Assembly: GCA_025356155.1 (NCBI GenBank)
Contig: JANXUQ010000096.1
Coordinates: forward strand, 1,260-65,259
DNA: 64,000 nt
Direction of reading: 5' to 3'
Origin: Rhodoferax sp.
GTDB taxonomy: Bacteria > Pseudomonadota > Gammaproteobacteria > Burkholderiales > Burkholderiaceae_C
In this document: one piece after another, positions 31,418 through 41,420 of the stretch
Layout of the letters: each line of letters opens with the position of its first letter
How positions within the stretch are numbered: the stretch's first letter is position 1
Made by a program: the position numbers and the translations under genes
The notes under the pieces: generated by a model
The model's database searches: none
What the model was told of the DNA's origin: nothing
The model's input: the letters and a program-made list of their open reading frames with translations, nothing else

Positions 31418-34027
31418 ATGAACACACTCCCCCACCTTCGCATTGGTTTGATCCCCGGCAATGGCTTTTGCGCCCTGGTGGACGCAACCGGGCAGCAGCC
31501 CGTGCGCGTGGTGTTTGACGCGGACGCACAGCCCGGATCGGACGAACGCAGCCGCCTGGGTGCTGCGCTGGCGCGCCACACCACGGTGCAGCAACGGGGT
31601 GATGCGCTGCTGGTGTGCGTGGGCGACAGCGTGGTGGCAAGGGTGCGCGCCGGTATCGTCACCGAACACCGGCCACTGACCGCATTCGGGGCCCGCTTTC
31701 TTGCAGAAAACGGTGTGCCGCTGGAGGGCGGACCGCTGCAAAGCCACGCTGCGGCTGCGGGTGTGTTGTGCACCGACCTGCACAGCCACTTCGCAGGCTG
31801 CCTGTCCGGTCATGATCTGGTGGACCTGGGCCTGGCGGCCGACGCCGTGGTCGCCAAGCATGTGCTGGCACAAGCCGGCATATTCATCGAACACGACATG
31901 CCGTTAACCGCGCTGGACAACGTCGCACGCGCCCGCTTCGCCTGCGCACTCGACATCCCGCTGGACCGCCAGGTGACCTTTCTGGACATGGAGCGCCTCT
32001 ATGCCCTGCGCGCGCCGTTGACGCGGCACCCCGACCTGTTTGCACCGCAGCTGTGGCGCATCGCCCAACGCGCGGCTGAGGTCGGTGTCCGCTACCTGGA
32101 GCTGTCACTGTCCAGCATCCTGGAGCCCGCATTGCTGACCCAGGCGCATGCCATATTGCCTGCGATTGAAGCGCAGTGGGGTGTCAGCATCCGCTTCCTG
32201 GTCGCACTGTCCCGGCACGACGATCTGGAGTGGGATCTGGACGTCTTGCGCCGCACAGAGGCTTGCCTGAGCAGCCGCGCCATCGTCGGCATTGACTTCA
32301 TGGGCCACGAGACCAATTCGACCCGCGCCTTCTTGCCCCATCTCACCGCGGCGGCTGCCTTGGCAACACAGCGCGTGGGCTGGGTGGTGCGCGTGCATGC
32401 GGGTGAAAACCCGGCCTTCCCCGAAAACGTGCGCGAAGCCGTCACCGCGCTGCGGCCCCTGGTGCAGGACCATGGGCTGGAACTGCGCATAGGCCATGGC
32501 CTCTATGGCGTAGATGACGTCACGCTGACCGATGTCGCCGCGCTGTCATCCGCCATGCGACCCAACGGTGGCTGCGCCGTCTTTGAGTTCAACCTGACCA
32601 GCAACCTGGCGTTGAACAATATCCGCACCACCTTTGATGTACCGCTACAGCGTGTCATGGCGGCTGGCGTGGAGGTCGTGCTGGGCACGGACGGCCAAGG
32701 CCTCTACCGCACCCATGTGCAAGACGAAGCGCAGGCCGCCCGCGCCACCGGCCTGCGCGACGAGGACATCCGCCGCATCGCCGCGACCGAGCAGCGCCTG
32801 CTGGCGCACAAGCGCGCGGCCCAGGCGCTGCTTCCCGCTTGGGCCGACTTTGTCGTGCCACCGCCCACACAAGCCTTGCACTACACCGACGCGGTATCCA
32901 TTCACCAGCGAGCGCAGCAGGCAGAGGCGGCAGCGGCCCTGCAGGCACATCTCCTAGCCATGGCCGTGCCCCTGTTCGACTCCACTGCCCTGGGCGCCCA
33001 CCTGGCGCAGCGGCCGCTGCTGAACCTGGCCGGCGCCTGGCGCAATAGTTTTGCGCAGTTCAGCGCAGACGACGCCGCCCGGCTGACCACTTTCTTTCAA
33101 ACCCTGCTGGCCGGTGTGGCGCAGATGGGCGGCACCATCCTGACCGGCGGCACGCGCGATGGTGTGGAGGGCCTGCTGCACCGCTGCGCCCACTCTATGC
33201 AACTACCCCGCGCCGAAGTCATCGCCCTGGTCAGCGCCCAGGTGCCGCTGGAAGGCCTGGATGCACAGGGCTTGAGCGGTCTGCATGTCGTCTCCCGCAC
33301 GCTGTACGACAAGGCCGCACCGCTGTATGCGCTGGTGCAGGAGTGCCGCGGCCTGGCGCTGTTCGCCGGTGGTGGAGTCATCGTGGGTGACGAAATCCAG
33401 GCGGCCCGCAACCTGGGGCTGCACTACTGCCTGCTGGCCGACCTGCCCGGCGCCAGCGCCAAAGCCGCGCAGATGGACCCGGCCCACGCCGTATCTGTGC
33501 TGATGCCGGAACTTGCCGCGCAGCGGGTGCTGAAGTTGTTGGCAGACGGCCCCCGCCGCGAACAACTGTTCCATGCGGGTGCCAATAATGCAGTCGACAT
33601 CGTGGTGCTGCGCCACGGCGCCAGCGCCCTTGGGCCCGAACTGCTGCTGGTGCGTCGCCACGACGATGCCCCGGCCGAAAACGGCCGCTTCGCCCTGCCC
33701 GGCGGCTTTGTGCTCCAGGGGGAATCGCTGGCCGCGGCAGCCGTGCGCGAGCTGGCGGAGGAAACGGGGCTGCACATCCCACCCGACACCTTGCAAGCAG
33801 TAGCAGTGGTCGAAGGTAACGGTCGCGACCCACGGGACACCGAGGAGCGCTGGGTCCGCTCGCACCTGTTCGTTGCACAGCTGCGCGACAACGGCACGGC
33901 CAGCCGCCGCACGCTGGTCGCTGGCAGCGATGCATCCCGCGCCTTCTACGTACCGCTGTCGCGCCGCCCGCAATGCCTGGCCTTTGACCACGACCACCTG
34001 CTGGCCATGGCCCTGAAACTGGTTTAA
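31418..34027 (+). CDS. Adenosine/AMP deaminase-like + SLOG-like + Nudix hydrolase fusion
   Basis: DLHSH, YLELS, VGIDFMGHE, VHAGE, RIGHG, NLTSN, LGTDG; then NLAGA, ILTGGTRDGVE, FAGGG..DE; then full Nudix box GFVLQGESLAAAAVRELAEETGL, RDPR, AGSDA, LAFDH. Confidence 0.8.
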   Translation: MNTLPHLRIGLIPGNGFCALVDATGQQPVRVVFDADAQPGSDERSRLGAALARHTTVQQRGDALLVCVGDSVVARVRAGIVTEHRPLTAFGARFLAENGVPLEGGPLQSHAAAAGVLCTDLHSHFAGCLSGHDLVDLGLAADAVVAKHVLAQAGIFIEHDMPLTALDNVARARFACALDIPLDRQVTFLDMERLYALRAPLTRHPDLFAPQLWRIAQRAAEVGVRYLELSLSSILEPALLTQAHAILPAIEAQWGVSIRFLVALSRHDDLEWDLDVLRRTEACLSSRAIVGIDFMGHETNSTRAFLPHLTAAAALATQRVGWVVRVHAGENPAFPENVREAVTALRPLVQDHGLELRIGHGLYGVDDVTLTDVAALSSAMRPNGGCAVFEFNLTSNLALNNIRTTFDVPLQRVMAAGVEVVLGTDGQGLYRTHVQDEAQAARATGLRDEDIRRIAATEQRLLAHKRAAQALLPAWADFVVPPPTQALHYTDAVSIHQRAQQAEAAAALQAHLLAMAVPLFDSTALGAHLAQRPLLNLAGAWRNSFAQFSADDAARLTTFFQTLLAGVAQMGGTILTGGTRDGVEGLLHRCAHSMQLPRAEVIALVSAQVPLEGLDAQGLSGLHVVSRTLYDKAAPLYALVQECRGLALFAGGGVIVGDEIQAARNLGLHYCLLADLPGASAKAAQMDPAHAVSVLMPELAAQRVLKLLADGPRREQLFHAGANNAVDIVVLRHGASALGPELLLVRRHDDAPAENGRFALPGGFVLQGESLAAAAVRELAEETGLHIPPDTLQAVAVVEGNGRDPRDTEERWVRSHLFVAQLRDNGTASRRTLVAGSDASRAFYVPLSRRPQCLAFDHDHLLAMALKLV

Positions 34028-34092
34028 GGCCAAAGAGGCCCTGAAAACCCTATTTTGGGTTTTATGGACCTTCCCTCGAGATGGTTTTCGCA

Positions 34093-34146
34093 AAAAATGG
34101 CGCTAGCCCTCGTCAAATAAGGTTGAGCAGCTATTATTTTGATAGT
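34093..34146 (-). repeat. 54-bp dispersed element, copy 5
   Basis: Minus strand ACTAT-N7-ATAGC-N17-CGAGGGCTAG-CGCCATTTTT. Confidence 0.8.
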
Positions 34147-34264
34147 AACTCCCTTGCCGTATGCTTTTGCACAAAGCTTCAAGACGGCAAAGGCGAAGAC
34201 GGGCAATCTTGCGCTGCGCCAACCATGGCGCATCTAGCCAGCAAAACCCCAGGAGAAGCAAGAC

Positions 34265-35146
34265 ATGGAAATCGGATTTATAGGCTTGGGCGTCATGGGC
34301 CACCCCATGGCGCTCAATTTGGCCAAGGCAGGCACCCGCCTGCGCGTATGGAACCGCTCGCCCGAGAAGTACGACGCGCTGCGGGCGGCCGGGGCCGCCG
34401 TGGCAAGCAGCCCGGATGCGGTCTTTGCCAATACCCGGCTGGTGATCCTGATGCTGGCCAACGAATCGGCCATCGACAGCGTGCTGGGGCGGGACACGGC
34501 GGACTTTGAGGCACGGGTCGCGGGCCACACCATCGTCCACATGGGCACCACGTCGCCCGCCTATTCGCGTGGTCTGGACACCAGCATCCGCGCTGCGGGC
34601 GGGCGTTATGTGGAGGCGCCGGTATCGGGCTCGCGCGTGCCGGCGGAGGCGGGTCAACTGGTGGCGATGGTGGCGGGCGATGCGGCGGATGCCGCCGACG
34701 TGCGCAGCCTGATCGCCCCGATGTGCCGCGAGTCGTTTGCCTGCGGCACCGTGCCTAGCGCCTTGTTGATGAAGCTGTCGGTCAACCTGTTTTTGATCAC
34801 CATGGTGGCCGGTCTGGCCGAAGCCGCGCACTTCGCGCGCCAGCAGGGAGTGGACATGGCGCAGTTCCAGGCGGTGCTGGACGCTGGCCCCATGGCCAGT
34901 GCCGTGTCGCGCATGAAGCTGCCCAAGCTGGTGGAGCGAGACTTCTCGGTGCAGGCGGCCATATCCGACGTGCTGATGAACAACCGGCTGATTGCAGATG
35001 CCGCGCGCCAGGCCCATGTGGCGTCGCCGCTGCTGGACCTTTGTTTGTCGCTGTTTACCCAGACCGAGGGCCTGGGCCTGGGGCGCAGCGATATGGTGGC
35101 GGTGGTGCAGGCGCTGGAGCAGCGCACGGCCTCACAGTCGCCCTGA
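34265..35146 (+). CDS. NAD(P)-dependent oxidoreductase, beta-hydroxyacid dehydrogenase family
   Basis: [27 protein letters not shown]; AGGAG RBS. Confidence 0.9.
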   Translation: MEIGFIGLGVMGHPMALNLAKAGTRLRVWNRSPEKYDALRAAGAAVASSPDAVFANTRLVILMLANESAIDSVLGRDTADFEARVAGHTIVHMGTTSPAYSRGLDTSIRAAGGRYVEAPVSGSRVPAEAGQLVAMVAGDAADAADVRSLIAPMCRESFACGTVPSALLMKLSVNLFLITMVAGLAEAAHFARQQGVDMAQFQAVLDAGPMASAVSRMKLPKLVERDFSVQAAISDVLMNNRLIADAARQAHVASPLLDLCLSLFTQTEGLGLGRSDMVAVVQALEQRTASQSP

Positions 35147-35983
35147 GGGTGGGCCTGAGGATGCAAGCGCCTGCAGCCAGCGGCCGGGCGACAGGCCATA
35201 GGCGCTTTTGAACTGCCGCGACAAATGGCTCTGATCGGCAAAGCCGCCATCCGCCGCGGCCTCAACCAGCGGCACACCCTGCAGCAACAAGCGGCGGGCC
35301 AGATCTACCTGGCGCAACGTGCGGTAGCGGCTGGGGCTGGTGCCAAAAAGCAGGCGAAATTGCCGCGCCAGCGTCCAACGGTCCAGGCCCGACACATTCT
35401 CCAACTGCTCCATGGCGCAACGCGTAAGCGGGTCGTCTGCGATCAGGTCACGCACCCGTGTCACCGCGGCCACTGCCAGCGTGGGTTTACTGCGCCTCGG
35501 TAGCAATTGGGCCGGTGCGCCCGCCAACAGAAACTGCGTGACTGCGTAGACAAGGTCCACCTGGCCCACGTCGTCCAACACCTCGTCCATATCCCAGATC
35601 GTGGCTTCGTTGTCCGCGATCAGGCGCGGCACCTGCAGCACCGGGCGGGCAACAAAAGGCAACGTCCGGCCACCCAGCGCCTGCTGTACCAGACCCGGGT
35701 CTACATAGGCCATCTTGTAGCCAAAGCCGACCGCCGTGCCCGCTTCGCCATCGTGCAACTCGTCGGGGTGCAGGATGTGGCATTGCCCCGGCAGGCAGTG
35801 CCAGGTCGCACCGCGGAAGCGAAACTTCTGAACACCCGCTACCGTCAGGCCGATGGCGTAGGTGTCGTGCCGGTGCGGTGCAAACGGCTTGCCTCTGAAG
35901 TGTGCCTCCATGCGTTCGATACCCGGCGCCCCCGTGCCCAATCGGATGCGGCGGCCGGGGCCGTTGCTGGCTGCGTGGTCCAC
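35132..35983 (-). CDS. AraC family regulator with cupin sensor domain
   Basis: [31 protein letters not shown]; GTG 35983 just after the upstream stop. Confidence 0.88.
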   Translation of the reverse strand: MDHAASNGPGRRIRLGTGAPGIERMEAHFRGKPFAPHRHDTYAIGLTVAGVQKFRFRGATWHCLPGQCHILHPDELHDGEAGTAVGFGYKMAYVDPGLVQQALGGRTLPFVARPVLQVPRLIADNEATIWDMDEVLDDVGQVDLVYAVTQFLLAGAPAQLLPRRSKPTLAVAAVTRVRDLIADDPLTRCAMEQLENVSGLDRWTLARQFRLLFGTSPSRYRTLRQVDLARRLLLQGVPLVEAAADGGFADQSHLSRQFKSAYGLSPGRWLQALASSGPPSGRL

Positions 35984-35985
35984 CC

Positions 35986-37005
35986 TCAGTCCTTGTTGCG
36001 TGCCAAGCGCGGGCTGGCGCCGGTCCACCGTTTGAAGGCCCGTGAGAAAGCGGCCGGGTCGGAGAATCCCACCAGGTAGGCCGTCTCATTCACCGACACT
36101 TTTTTACCGCCCAGATAGTGCAATGCCAGCTTGTGGCGCAGATCATCCAGTACCTGCTGGAAGGTTACGTCCTCAGCCTTCAGGCGCCGGAACAGCGTCT
36201 GTCGGCTCAGGCCCAGTTTGCCGGCAACCAGGTCCACACTGGCGTTGCCAGTGTGCAAGATGGGCATCAGTAGGCTCTCCACATGGCCGCGCGTGGTCTG
36301 CGCATTTTCCAAACTGGTCAGCAGCGCCTGTGCATGGGCGCTCAGGATGCCAAACACGTAGCGCGGCTCGTTGGAGAAGCGTTTGGCCAGCCACGACGGG
36401 TCCAGCCTCAGTGCGTTGCGGGGGCAATCAAAGGTAACCGGGGCCTGGAAGATGCGCTCGTACTCCGCACGGTAGCCGGGGTCGGCGTGCGTAACCTGAA
36501 CCGCCCTGGCAAACGGCGTATCACCCAGGTGGCGCGTGCTGCAAACAATGTGTGCAAAGGCGGATTCGGTCAGCTCGGGGAAGTCATTGGGGTTCTTGCG
36601 CGTGTCGACCAGCCAGATCTGGTCGCCCTCGCGGCTGAAGGCAAAGCGGTCATCGGCGTTGGTGCTTTCGACCTCCACCTCCACAATCAGGCGCGCATAG
36701 CGCTTGAGTTGCGCGAAGGCGTCCACCATGGTCTCGCTGGCGCGGCCCAGCAGGCCGACGATGGATATCTCTGACACGTCAACCGCCTCGCCATAGTGCA
36801 AGCCCAGCGCAGGGTCCTTGCACGCCAGCTTGGCGGCGCGCATCAGCGCTACGTATTTGCGAAATGGGACGCGCTTATCCTGGTCCAACAGGTCTAGCGG
36901 GTCGATCTCTGCGCGCTCTGCCAGCTCTTGCTCGCTGGCACCCTTGCTGACCGCCAGCCGCATCAGCCCGCGGACAAAACCGGCGCCGACCGTCAGCTCA
37001 CGCAT
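35986..37005 (-). CDS. AraC family regulator (OruR/VqsM type)
   Basis: DPALGLHYG, LGLSRQTLFRRL, LVGFSDPAAFSRAFKRWTG. Confidence 0.9.
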   Translation of the reverse strand: MRELTVGAGFVRGLMRLAVSKGASEQELAERAEIDPLDLLDQDKRVPFRKYVALMRAAKLACKDPALGLHYGEAVDVSEISIVGLLGRASETMVDAFAQLKRYARLIVEVEVESTNADDRFAFSREGDQIWLVDTRKNPNDFPELTESAFAHIVCSTRHLGDTPFARAVQVTHADPGYRAEYERIFQAPVTFDCPRNALRLDPSWLAKRFSNEPRYVFGILSAHAQALLTSLENAQTTRGHVESLLMPILHTGNASVDLVAGKLGLSRQTLFRRLKAEDVTFQQVLDDLRHKLALHYLGGKKVSVNETAYLVGFSDPAAFSRAFKRWTGASPRLARNKD

Positions 37006-37026
37006 GGCTGCAGCGCCGCTTGCAAC

Positions 37027-37060
37027 TTGGGGTCATGTTTTTGGTATTTGGCGTCATGTT
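37027..37060. promoter_or_regulatory. Tandem direct repeat, probable AraC binding site
   Basis: TTGGGGTCATGTT and TTGGCGTCATGTT 21 bp apart between AraC and the divergent gene. Confidence 0.6.
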
Positions 37061-37117
37061 CATGAAGGGGTGTCATGGATAAGCTCGACCAGCATACAAC
37101 AAACCCCAAGGACCAGT

Positions 37118-37945
37118 GTGGCTTCACCCTCGACAACTTTGCACAAGCCGGCCGGCAAAACCGCTCTCACCCGAACCGCAGCTTTGTGGCTGAGCATCAC
37201 GCTGTTGGGGCAGTGGGTTTTTGCCTATTTCATCATCGGCTTTTATGGCTCCTCCACATTGCAGGGCCATTTTGAAGAATGGACCAAAAACACGGCGCTG
37301 ATCAAAGGCTATGTGCCAGGCGACACCGCCGGCAACTGGGCCTTTGCCGCGCATATGCTGCTGGCCGCCATTATCACGTTGGGCGGCGTGCTGCAATTGG
37401 TGCCGCAGATTCGAGCCCGCGCGATAGCGTTCCACCGCTGGAATGGCCGTGTCTTCATGCTGGCCGTGATGGCAGCCAGCATCGGCGGCCTCTACCTGAC
37501 ATGGGTGCGGGGCACTAGCCGCAACTTCATCAGCGCGCTGGCTATCAGTGGGGATGCCCTGCTGATCATTGTGTTTGCGGTACTGGCATGGCGCACGGCA
37601 CGGGCGCGCGACCTCATCGCCCACCGCCGGTGGGCGCTGCGCACCTTTGTCGTAGCCGGTGGCGTATGGTTTATGCGGCTGGGCTACTTTGGCTGGATTC
37701 TGATCAACCAGGCACCGGTAGGCATCACCAAAACCATGGACGGCGCCTTCGACCGCTTCATTGCCTTTGGGTGTTATCTGGTGCCACTGGCCGTGCTGGA
37801 GTTGTACCTGCGCGTGAAGGACGCGGGCAGCCCGGGTCGGAGGTTCTGGACGGCCGGAGTGCTGTTCGTCTCCACGTTGTTGATGACCGTTGGCATCGTT
37901 GGTGCGACCTTGTTTCTGTGGATGCCGCTGCTGGCAAAGGTATAG
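37118..37945 (+). CDS. DUF2306 family membrane protein
   Basis: LQLVPQIR, FHRWNGRVF, HRRWALR and TM helices; GTG after AAGGA. Confidence 0.8.
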   Translation: MASPSTTLHKPAGKTALTRTAALWLSITLLGQWVFAYFIIGFYGSSTLQGHFEEWTKNTALIKGYVPGDTAGNWAFAAHMLLAAIITLGGVLQLVPQIRARAIAFHRWNGRVFMLAVMAASIGGLYLTWVRGTSRNFISALAISGDALLIIVFAVLAWRTARARDLIAHRRWALRTFVVAGGVWFMRLGYFGWILINQAPVGITKTMDGAFDRFIAFGCYLVPLAVLELYLRVKDAGSPGRRFWTAGVLFVSTLLMTVGIVGATLFLWMPLLAKV

Positions 37946-37973
37946 GGCGAATCTCGCGGCGGTGGCCGCCCCA

Positions 37974-38666
37974 TCATTCCAACAGCGCCACCAGTTGTGT
38001 CAAGGTTTCAACGGTGTGGTGCGGCTGCTTCGCATGGCTCCACGCATGCTGAGCGCGGTTCACCCACACCGTTTGCATGCCCGCGCCCAGGGCGCCCAGC
38101 ACATCCAGTGCGGCATCGTCCCCCACATGCAAGACGTCGGCCGACGCCACCCCCACCTTGCCGGCCGCCGCATGGAAGATGCGCGCGTCCGGCTTGGCCA
38201 CGCCGAATTCACTGGCGCTGAGACTGTGCGCAAAGAATTGCCCCAGCCCCACGCGTGCCACATGGGCATTGCCATTGGACACTGCGATAAGCGGAAAACG
38301 CGCGGACAAAGCGGTCAGCGCAGGCAGCACGTCCTCAAACAACTCCACCCGCATGCGCTCAGCAAAAAAGATGTCGAAGGCTGCCTCGGCCAATGCCGTG
38401 TCTTCTTGCGCGCGGTGCAATGCACTGCGGATGGATTCGCGGCGCAGGGCGCTCAGGTCGTGGCCCAGCTCGGGTCGGGTTTGCACTACATGGTCACGCA
38501 GCGCCAGGCGCGCCTCTTTGTCTGCGAAGACTGCTGCCGCACCGGGTGCATGCTGCGTCAACCATGCGGCCAAGGCCTGCTCGGCCCGTTGGATGGTCGG
38601 CCATATGGGCCACAGCGTGTCGTCCAGGTCCAGCGTGATGGCTTTGATGCGAGAAATATCCAACAT
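37974..38666 (-). CDS. HAD family hydrolase (YigB-like)
   Basis: LDLDDTLW, SNGN, KPD, HVGDD. Confidence 0.9.
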   Translation of the reverse strand: MLDISRIKAITLDLDDTLWPIWPTIQRAEQALAAWLTQHAPGAAAVFADKEARLALRDHVVQTRPELGHDLSALRRESIRSALHRAQEDTALAEAAFDIFFAERMRVELFEDVLPALTALSARFPLIAVSNGNAHVARVGLGQFFAHSLSASEFGVAKPDARIFHAAAGKVGVASADVLHVGDDAALDVLGALGAGMQTVWVNRAQHAWSHAKQPHHTVETLTQLVALLE

Positions 38667-38709
38667 GGACAAAGTATCGCATCGCAGGCAGACCCGTTAT
38701 GCTGCGGTC

Positions 38710-39012
38710 ATGCAACGTATCGCCCAAGCCCCCAATGTGTTCATCGCCACGCTGTGGGCCGATGCACTCCGGGTCGAGGGAATAGCGGCCAGCGTCCAGC
38801 GGCAATATCTGGGTAGCGTGGCGGGCGAGCTGCCACCCGATCAGTGCCTGCCCGAGGTCTGGGTCGAGAACCCGGACCATGCAGACCGTGCCGAACAGGT
38901 ACTGCACCATTTGCAACACATGCCGCAACAGCGGTGGTTTTGCGCCTGCGGTGAGCTGGTCGAGGGCGGGTTTCAGCAGTGCTGGAATTGTTCGGCGCTG
39001 ATGCCCACCTGA
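38710..39012 (+). CDS. DUF2007 putative signal-transducing protein with C-terminal Zn ribbon
   Basis: EGIAA, GELP, WFCACGE...CWNC. Confidence 0.8.
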   Translation: MQRIAQAPNVFIATLWADALRVEGIAASVQRQYLGSVAGELPPDQCLPEVWVENPDHADRAEQVLHHLQHMPQQRWFCACGELVEGGFQQCWNCSALMPT

Positions 39013-39028
39013 GCAGCGAACCAACCGT

Positions 39029-39991
39029 TTAAGGTAACTCGCGCCCCCGCGCGCTCTGGTACAGCGCATACCACTGCCCGCGGGTCAGCACCACGCGTGC
39101 CGCATCCGCACAGGCGCGGATGCGCGCCGGGTTGGCGGTACCAATCACCGCCTGAATATGCGCGGGGTGCTTGAGTAGCCAAGCCAGCATAATGCTTTCT
39201 GGCGCAACCCTGTGTTCATCTGCCAGCGTACGCACCATGCGCGCCGTGGCGGTTACTGCGGGCGGCGCATCGTTTGGTGCACCACCGCTATACCAGCCCT
39301 TGCCCAATGAGCCCCAGGCCTGCAGCGCAATGTTCTGACTGCCGCAGTAGCTCAGCGTATCGCCCCATACCAAAGACGACCGGCCCTGCGCGTCGTTGAA
39401 GCAGGTATCCGCGTCCAGCCAATCGGTTTTCAGCAAACTCATCTCCAGCTGGTTGGCCACCAGCGAAACATCCAGCGCGGCAACGAGTTGGCGCATTTGG
39501 CCCGCATGCATATTCGACACTGCCAACTGGCGCACCTTGCCCGCCGCGAACAGGGTGTGCCAGGCTTCGTTGATTTCATCCGGCTCCATCAACGGGTCGG
39601 GCCGGTGCAACATCAGTATGTCGATGGTATCGGCGTGCAGGCGGCGCAGGCTGGCATGTACCGCATCAACAATATGCGCGGCCGACAGGTCGTAACGCTT
39701 GGGGCCATTGGCATCTGCAAAGCGTATGCCGCATTTGGTTTGCAACTGCATTCGCTGGCGAAGGCTTGGTTGTTGTTTGAACAACTCGCCAAAACATTGC
39801 TCGGCCTTGCCCAAGGTGTAGATGTTGGCGTGGTCAAACAGCGTGATGCCGATCTCCAGCGCGGCCTCGACCGCAGCCTGTGCGTGGGTGACGTCTTGTG
39901 CCCGCAGCGGGTCGGTGTTCCACCCGCCGCCCAGCCCCATGCAGCCGTAGAGGAGGCGGGAGGCAATCGTAGGGGACGGTATCTGTGTCAT
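39029..39991 (-). CDS. Aldo/keto reductase (YdhF-like)
   Basis: FDHANIY, QTKCGI, LHRPDPLM, VSN, NQLE, AWLLKHP. Confidence 0.9.
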   Translation of the reverse strand: MTQIPSPTIASRLLYGCMGLGGGWNTDPLRAQDVTHAQAAVEAALEIGITLFDHANIYTLGKAEQCFGELFKQQPSLRQRMQLQTKCGIRFADANGPKRYDLSAAHIVDAVHASLRRLHADTIDILMLHRPDPLMEPDEINEAWHTLFAAGKVRQLAVSNMHAGQMRQLVAALDVSLVANQLEMSLLKTDWLDADTCFNDAQGRSSLVWGDTLSYCGSQNIALQAWGSLGKGWYSGGAPNDAPPAVTATARMVRTLADEHRVAPESIMLAWLLKHPAHIQAVIGTANPARIRACADAARVVLTRGQWYALYQSARGRELP

Positions 39992-40178
39992 TCTTTTACA
40001 GGCTTGTTGGTGGCTCAAAGTATCGCATCCATGGTCTGAAGCATCAGCCATCACATTTACACCCAAAAAGGGTATTTTTTCACGCTTGTCGCCCTGGCTG
40101 CATGCGGCTGTCACACTGCACCCCCCATAGGCCCACTAAACTGCGTCCTTTCAACTTCTCCGTGAACGGACGCGCCCT

Positions 40179-40994
40179 ATGGACACCGGAAAAATCACCA
40201 CCTGGATAGACCAGGCACAGCCCATTCTGGTGGCCTTTGGGCTCAAGGCCCTGGGCGCCATTGCCGTCTTCGTCGTGGGCCGTTGGCTCATCAACGTGGC
40301 CACCAGCCTAGTGGGGGCCGGCATGACGCGCCACAAGCTGGACCCCACCGTGCAACGCTACCTGGTGAGCTTTATCAGCGTGGCGCTGAACATCATTCTG
40401 GTTGTCGCCATCCTGGGTTACTTCGGTGTAGAGACCACGTCGTTTGCGGCTCTGGTGGCCGGCGCCGGTGTGGCCATTGGTGCAGCGTGGAGCGGCTTGC
40501 TGGGCAACTTCGCATCAGGCATTTTCCTGCTGGTGCTGCGTCCCTACCAGGTGGGCGACTATGTGGGTGTGGGCGGCATCGAAGGCACGGTACTAGAACT
40601 GGGTTTGTTTGGCACCACCATCACCACGCCGGATAACGTCAAGACCATTGTCGGCAACGGCAAGATCATGGGCGGCGACATCAAGAACTTCTCGGCCAAC
40701 CCGCACCGCCGTGTGGAGCTGGTGGCACAACTGGCCGGCAGTGCCGACGCACACAAGGCCATCGCGCTGCTCAAAGAATCCGTATCCAAGGTGGCGAACA
40801 TCGCCAAGTCACCGGCCGTGGATGTGGAGATTTTGGAGTTCAACGAGTTCGGCCCCAAGCTCGCCGTGCGCCCCTATTGCCACACCAGCCACTACTGGCA
40901 GGTGTACTTCGATACCAACAAGGCCATTGCCGACACGCTGGGTGCAGCAGGCTTCCCGGTAGCGACACGCCCGGTCAAGGTCTACCCCGTTTAA
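40179..40994 (+). CDS. mscS: Small-conductance mechanosensitive channel
   Basis: Three TM segments, NFASG, RPYQVGDYV. Confidence 0.88.
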   Translation: MDTGKITTWIDQAQPILVAFGLKALGAIAVFVVGRWLINVATSLVGAGMTRHKLDPTVQRYLVSFISVALNIILVVAILGYFGVETTSFAALVAGAGVAIGAAWSGLLGNFASGIFLLVLRPYQVGDYVGVGGIEGTVLELGLFGTTITTPDNVKTIVGNGKIMGGDIKNFSANPHRRVELVAQLAGSADAHKAIALLKESVSKVANIAKSPAVDVEILEFNEFGPKLAVRPYCHTSHYWQVYFDTNKAIADTLGAAGFPVATRPVKVYPV

Positions 40995-41009
40995 CAACAG
41001 GAGAAAATC

Positions 41010-41420
41010 ATGGGACTATTCGATTCCGTCATGGGCGCCGTTAGCGGCCAAATGCAACAACACGGCGGCCTGGCCAATGTCTTGGGCGGCCTGCTGGCCA
41101 ACAACTCCGAGCTGGGTGGCCTGGGCGGGCTGGTGGACAAATTCCACCAAAACGGCATGGGCGACATCGTCAGTTCGTGGATTGGCAAGGGCCAGAACCT
41201 GCCCGTCACATCTGACCAGATTGCCAGCGCATTCGGCAGTGGCACACTGGGCAACATTGCCAGCCAGTTGGGTCTGGACCCTGCCCAAGTGTCAAGCCAA
41301 TTGGCGCAGATACTGCCCGGCCTGATCGACCAGCTCACGCCACACGGCACGCTGCCCGAAGGCGGGATGGGCCACTCCGGCGACCTGGCGGGCATGCTGG
41401 GCGGGCTACTCAAGGGTTGA
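41010..41420 (+). CDS. YidB/DUF937 family protein
   Basis: GGLGGLV, SWIGKGQNLP, LPGLIDQLTP; AGGAG RBS. Confidence 0.88.
   Translation: MGLFDSVMGAVSGQMQQHGGLANVLGGLLANNSELGGLGGLVDKFHQNGMGDIVSSWIGKGQNLPVTSDQIASAFGSGTLGNIASQLGLDPAQVSSQLAQILPGLIDQLTPHGTLPEGGMGHSGDLAGMLGGLLKG

Noticed and set aside
31418-34027. NrtR repressor or RADAR RdrB
   Set aside because: No winged-HTH follows the Nudix domain, no RdrA-like ATPase is adjacent, and the architecture matches neither
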